A DNA stretch of 63,593 nt, filler included, from Licmophora abbreviata (Eukaryota), in assembly GCA_900291995.1 (NCBI GenBank). It is 15 parts of 15 records of this genome, joined end to end, with 100 filler letters (N's around TTAATTAATTAA, not from the genome) between each part and the next. Parts side by side here need not be neighbours in the genome. Positions count along the whole stretch, not along the records: positions 59,618 to 63,593 come from OLMU01001582.1; 14 more parts are not named here. The stretch is one strand, 5' to 3'. The position numbers and the translations under genes were made by a program. The notes below the pieces were generated by a model, which was not told where the DNA came from, made no database searches, and worked only from the letters and a program-made list of their open reading frames with translations. Below are positions 59,618-63,593 of the stretch, in pieces. Each line of letters begins with the position of its first letter. The stretch's first letter is position 1.

Positions 59618-62600
59618 CCAGACACATTCATCCGTCTTCCAGTCTTCCGATCGACGCCAAGGAGAACAAGGATGGTCATCAGACGGATACAAATGTTGCC
59701 AGTGGGGAGAAACGGACGGATCTAAAGTCTGACGACAGTCCATCATACAGTAGCCGACACTGGTCGTCTCGTACAGAGTCGTCTCCTTCCGTAATGATGT
59801 CGGAAGGACAGCACAGACCCACTACTCCAGCTCGCTTGATTCGATCAGAATCACTTTCGTGGACAGTTAGTTGGTCAGATACTAACGAATGTGTTCCTTT
59901 GAGACTAGCCTTGTGGGATGGTCCCAGCAGGCAAAAAAGCAATCATGATGCGTTGCTTCCTCTCTCCCTCCGACGCATACCCTTTTCTCGTGTACCCACC
60001 GACATTTTTGGTGATTTCTCGACCCTCTTTGGGATTGGACAGCATGTCACGTTAACTCTGGACAATCCTCACGCTAGCCACCACACTACGAACGATGTCA
60101 ATTTGGAAGAACACTGGATTTCACTGGCATGTGCTATTTTGGACCGACACGACCACCGGTCCTCACCCTGGACGCTCATTAGCATTCTGAGCTCTCTGTT
60201 GCAAACTGCTTTGAATTGTGCGGTAGCAAACTGTCAGTCGCGTATACCAGTCTTTGGCTGGTGGGGTGTCTACGATTTGGCGCGGGATGCGCATCAGGAC
60301 CATCGATACTTGCAGCTCTTTCCGCCGTGGATGGCGTCCAAGTCGTCGGCAGACCGGATTGTGTCCGCCGCCACCCGCCAACGGCAACAGCAGGGACTGT
60401 CGTCCTTCTTTCGGAAAGCCGATAGAAATCGGAACGAGAAACGGTCTCAGTCTGTCAATCGACACTATATTGCTCCTGTCCTGGCGGCCAAAGTGTCACT
60501 GGACGAGGAGAGCGATGCTGCCTTTTGGGTGGGAGTCTTGCCCGGACGGAATCTAGCCGCAGACAGTCGGCTTACTGTATGGGGACAGATGCTACTGAGG
60601 CATTGTCCTCCATCCACCAATTCGGTTGTTCTCTGTGGGGCGCGACATATATACACTTATCTAAAGCCCACGAAATCACTCTTTCCGAGACACCAGGCAT
60701 CCGGAGACGGTAGTAACATGACGAGCGACGAAGACGAACAGAGTCGAACCGCGAATGGAAAAGACTCGTTGAACGAACCGGCATTGTTGGAAGAATATCG
60801 CTTGCAATGCCGGCAGTACACACTGAGCCTGCTGGAACGAGCAGTCAATGTTTCGCGAGAAGAACCGTTATGGGGGCCGTCAGACGACCCGGTGGCAAGC
60901 GTTCATTGCACAGTGACATGGAACGGACAGCCATCTGAAGACGACGACAGTGCAAGCGAGCCCCTTCTGTCACTACCCCTACGCATTCGATCGCAACAAG
61001 TCATGACGCGACAGGACTGGATCGATATGGAGGACTCTGTGGAACGCACCCTTTTAGATCCGATGATAGCATCATCCTTCGCGGTTCGTATTCATTGGGA
61101 CAAGGAAACTTCGGTAACATCTCTTGCGGCGAATCAGCGATGTGTGCTTGCGTCATTGATACGGGCGGCGACTCTCCCATCGTCGATTCTCCTGCAGCAT
61201 CTGACGAATGAGTCTGTTGTAGATGACTGGGGCGCCGATGTCGACGAGCACGCCGCGACGAACATTATGGACCACGCCCAGGTCAACGTATTGACACGAC
61301 ACCTTGTCGAAGCCATGGACTGGACAAGCATCGGGGATCACATGATCGAACCATGGGAGGCCAAGAAGATACTGAATATGATATTTGACGGAACGATGAC
61401 ACTCGGATATCCGACCCCCCCGCCGAAAGTATTTGATTGCGATGAATATTCCAAAGATGATTTGTTTTCTCCGCTCTTGAGGGCTGCTCCAGTGGGGCGA
61501 CTGCTGTCCATGCTTTTTGTTCACATGTCGAGACTTCGCGGGCCTTCATCGATGGCAGTAGTCTGGACCATGTTCGTTCGTGATCTTAGAGGTCGCTGGG
61601 ATCGCCGTGAAAGCCTGCCGAATATGACCTACGTGCCTGGTTTGGACCCACCTCCTGAATCTTTGATAACCAAGCGATGTGTCTCGTCTATTGGCGTGGA
61701 AGCAGAGTGCTCATCGTTTGTTCATAGCTCTGAACCAGATCCGGACGACACTTACTGCCTCATTGGTCAGAAACTCCAGGTATGCTCTAGTCTCTGCTGC
61801 TTGATGCATGTCTTGCATGATAGCAATCTCACATGGCCCATGTACTTGCATTATAGGTATTCAATGTCGGTATCGAATGCACAATAGCGGCGGAGATACT
61901 GGAAGCACATAATATTCGAAAACTGGAGCGAGATGAGATGCGTTCAAAGTTGACGATTGTAAATCGAGAAGGGGAAGAAGAAGCAATCCGAGATGAAGGG
62001 AAGCGATCAGTCGACATCGCTCCGATTATACCGAGCGAGAGAACATCACCCCTTGCTTGCGCAGGGGAGGAGCCGCTTCATAAAAGGCTAGATGTGCGGT
62101 CCACACCTCCAGACAACACGTTTGGAGTAACTGAAGAGCGCAGCTTAGACGAGTCACAAACTAGCGATAGCTCGAAACAAGACTTCTACGATGCTGTCGA
62201 CGACAACGAAAACACCGTGAGTGAAGAAACACCGGTCTGTGATGCGTCCTTGGTAGCTACCGAGCATACGGATCATATGAGTCTGCGACCAGCTCGTCAC
62301 GGAGCCCGCTGTCCTGTTCATGGCGCGAGCCTTGTCTCTAGCGGCGACCAGCTGTTCGCACCCTATCTTCATAGACCATTTCCGCTCACCGACGACGTTG
62401 TACTCGAAAGGCGGATGATGCTTTCGAGCGGACGCACGAACGATTTGAAATCTAGCTCTGTTGGGATTCAGGAACAAATAGAGATATCACAACGACTGCA
62501 GAAGCCGAAACTTCTGAGTGATATGTGTGCTTTCAAAGCGGCAAATCCTGGTGCCGTGTTCCGCGATTTCACCAGCTGGTATGGCAATCCGGGAAGTCCG

Positions 62601-63458
62601 CTGGACGACTACAGCGAAGGCTTGTACTCGGACCCAAGACAAGCCCTTCTGTCCGCTAAACAATCAATTGCGAAGAAGCTCGACGACGCAACTCAGGCAA
62701 TGAACGTGCTGAATGCTACACGTGATTTCTGGTCGGACACTTGGGATGAAGCTAGGCCTCTCCAGGCAACTGAGCAGCAACCTCTTTTTGATTCATCAAG
62801 CATGGTGGAAATGACTCTTGATAACTTTGAAACTATGCACCCGGCCAATCTCCTGAACCAGATTTTGGCGGTGAGCTTGTCGTCTTCCTATAGCATCTTG
62901 GTCGCCGCGGCCAGCGACACACTGCATGTTGGCGTGGTAAGAGCTGCTGTGCAGCAGCTCCGTGAAAAGACGGAACTTGCCCTGGAACTTCTTTCCAGAG
63001 ATGCAACGCTAGGGGCAATATCGTCCTTCCACGACGACGCCCACGACAGAACTGAACGAGTGCCCAGGCACGCGTCCCTGGAGGCTATCCAAGCGTGTGA
63101 TGGCGTTTGCGATGCTATGGGCACTGCTGAAGCTGCAATTTGCCGAGCCACAACGCTGCTTGATAAATTCCCAAAGCAGTATCAAGTCGTCCACGACATG
63201 CTTACACGCCCGGAACACGATACTGTCATGTTAAACAATGCTCAAGGGCGCAATGGCATCCTCAGTGCTATTCAACGACAAGGACAAACTACTGACAGCT
63301 TACCGGTTCCTTCTTTGAGAGAATACGTCCTTCGAAATACAGAGGAAGAGAGCCCCTGCCAGCTGTCCGTTCGGTTCGGCAACGAAGGGGCTTTCCACGG
63401 GATTGATGCCGATGGTGGTGTTCTGGTTTGCCTGACGAAGTGCAACTCGGATAGCTAG
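59618..63458 (+). CDS. RAB3GAP1: Rab3 GTPase-activating protein catalytic subunit (intron 61780-61856; frame open back to the gap)
   Basis: PD...CLIGQKLQ|VFNVGIE; LLSDMCAFKAANPGAVFRDFTSWY; W..A.PL.A.EQ.PLFD. Confidence 0.9.
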
Positions 63459-63593
63459 GTCGCTAGCGATCTAGTTTTGAGAGTGAATGAACAAGATAGC
63501 CACTTTTTAGAAATAAGAGGTCTAATTCGACCGAAAATAACTTGCCAACATATATATGCACAGCACATTACGGAATCGACCCACTCCTATCAA

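Overview
Compact eukaryotic nuclear DNA with about 35 genes, short GT-AG introns and short intergenic gaps. It is very probably from a raphid pennate diatom: it encodes a frustulin, a silicalemma-associated-like membrane protein, diatom-type LRR proteins and several proteins with bipartite (signal peptide + AF/AY) plastid presequences. Fourteen identical artificial 100-nt spacers (N44-TTAATTAATTAA-N44) break the window, and at least several of them are gaps inside genes. Many single-base frameshifts, several in short homopolymer runs, point to sequencing error. I found no rRNA, tRNA, CRISPR array or intact transposon. The main candidate system is a tandem trio of organelle-targeted OPR/FAST-repeat RNA-binding genes (47-59 kb). 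One copy ends in a RAP nuclease-like domain, while in the other two a long, mutually homologous coiled coil replaces it. Other notable genes are a frustulin missed by the ORF track, a UBA + herpesvirus-tegument-type (VTD) deubiquitinase, an RBR-like E3 ligase with 45-aa hydrophobic tandem repeats, a CpcT-like lyase, an EF-hand nitroreductase and a FABP-like plastid protein. All family calls come from reading motifs by eye; no database searches were run.
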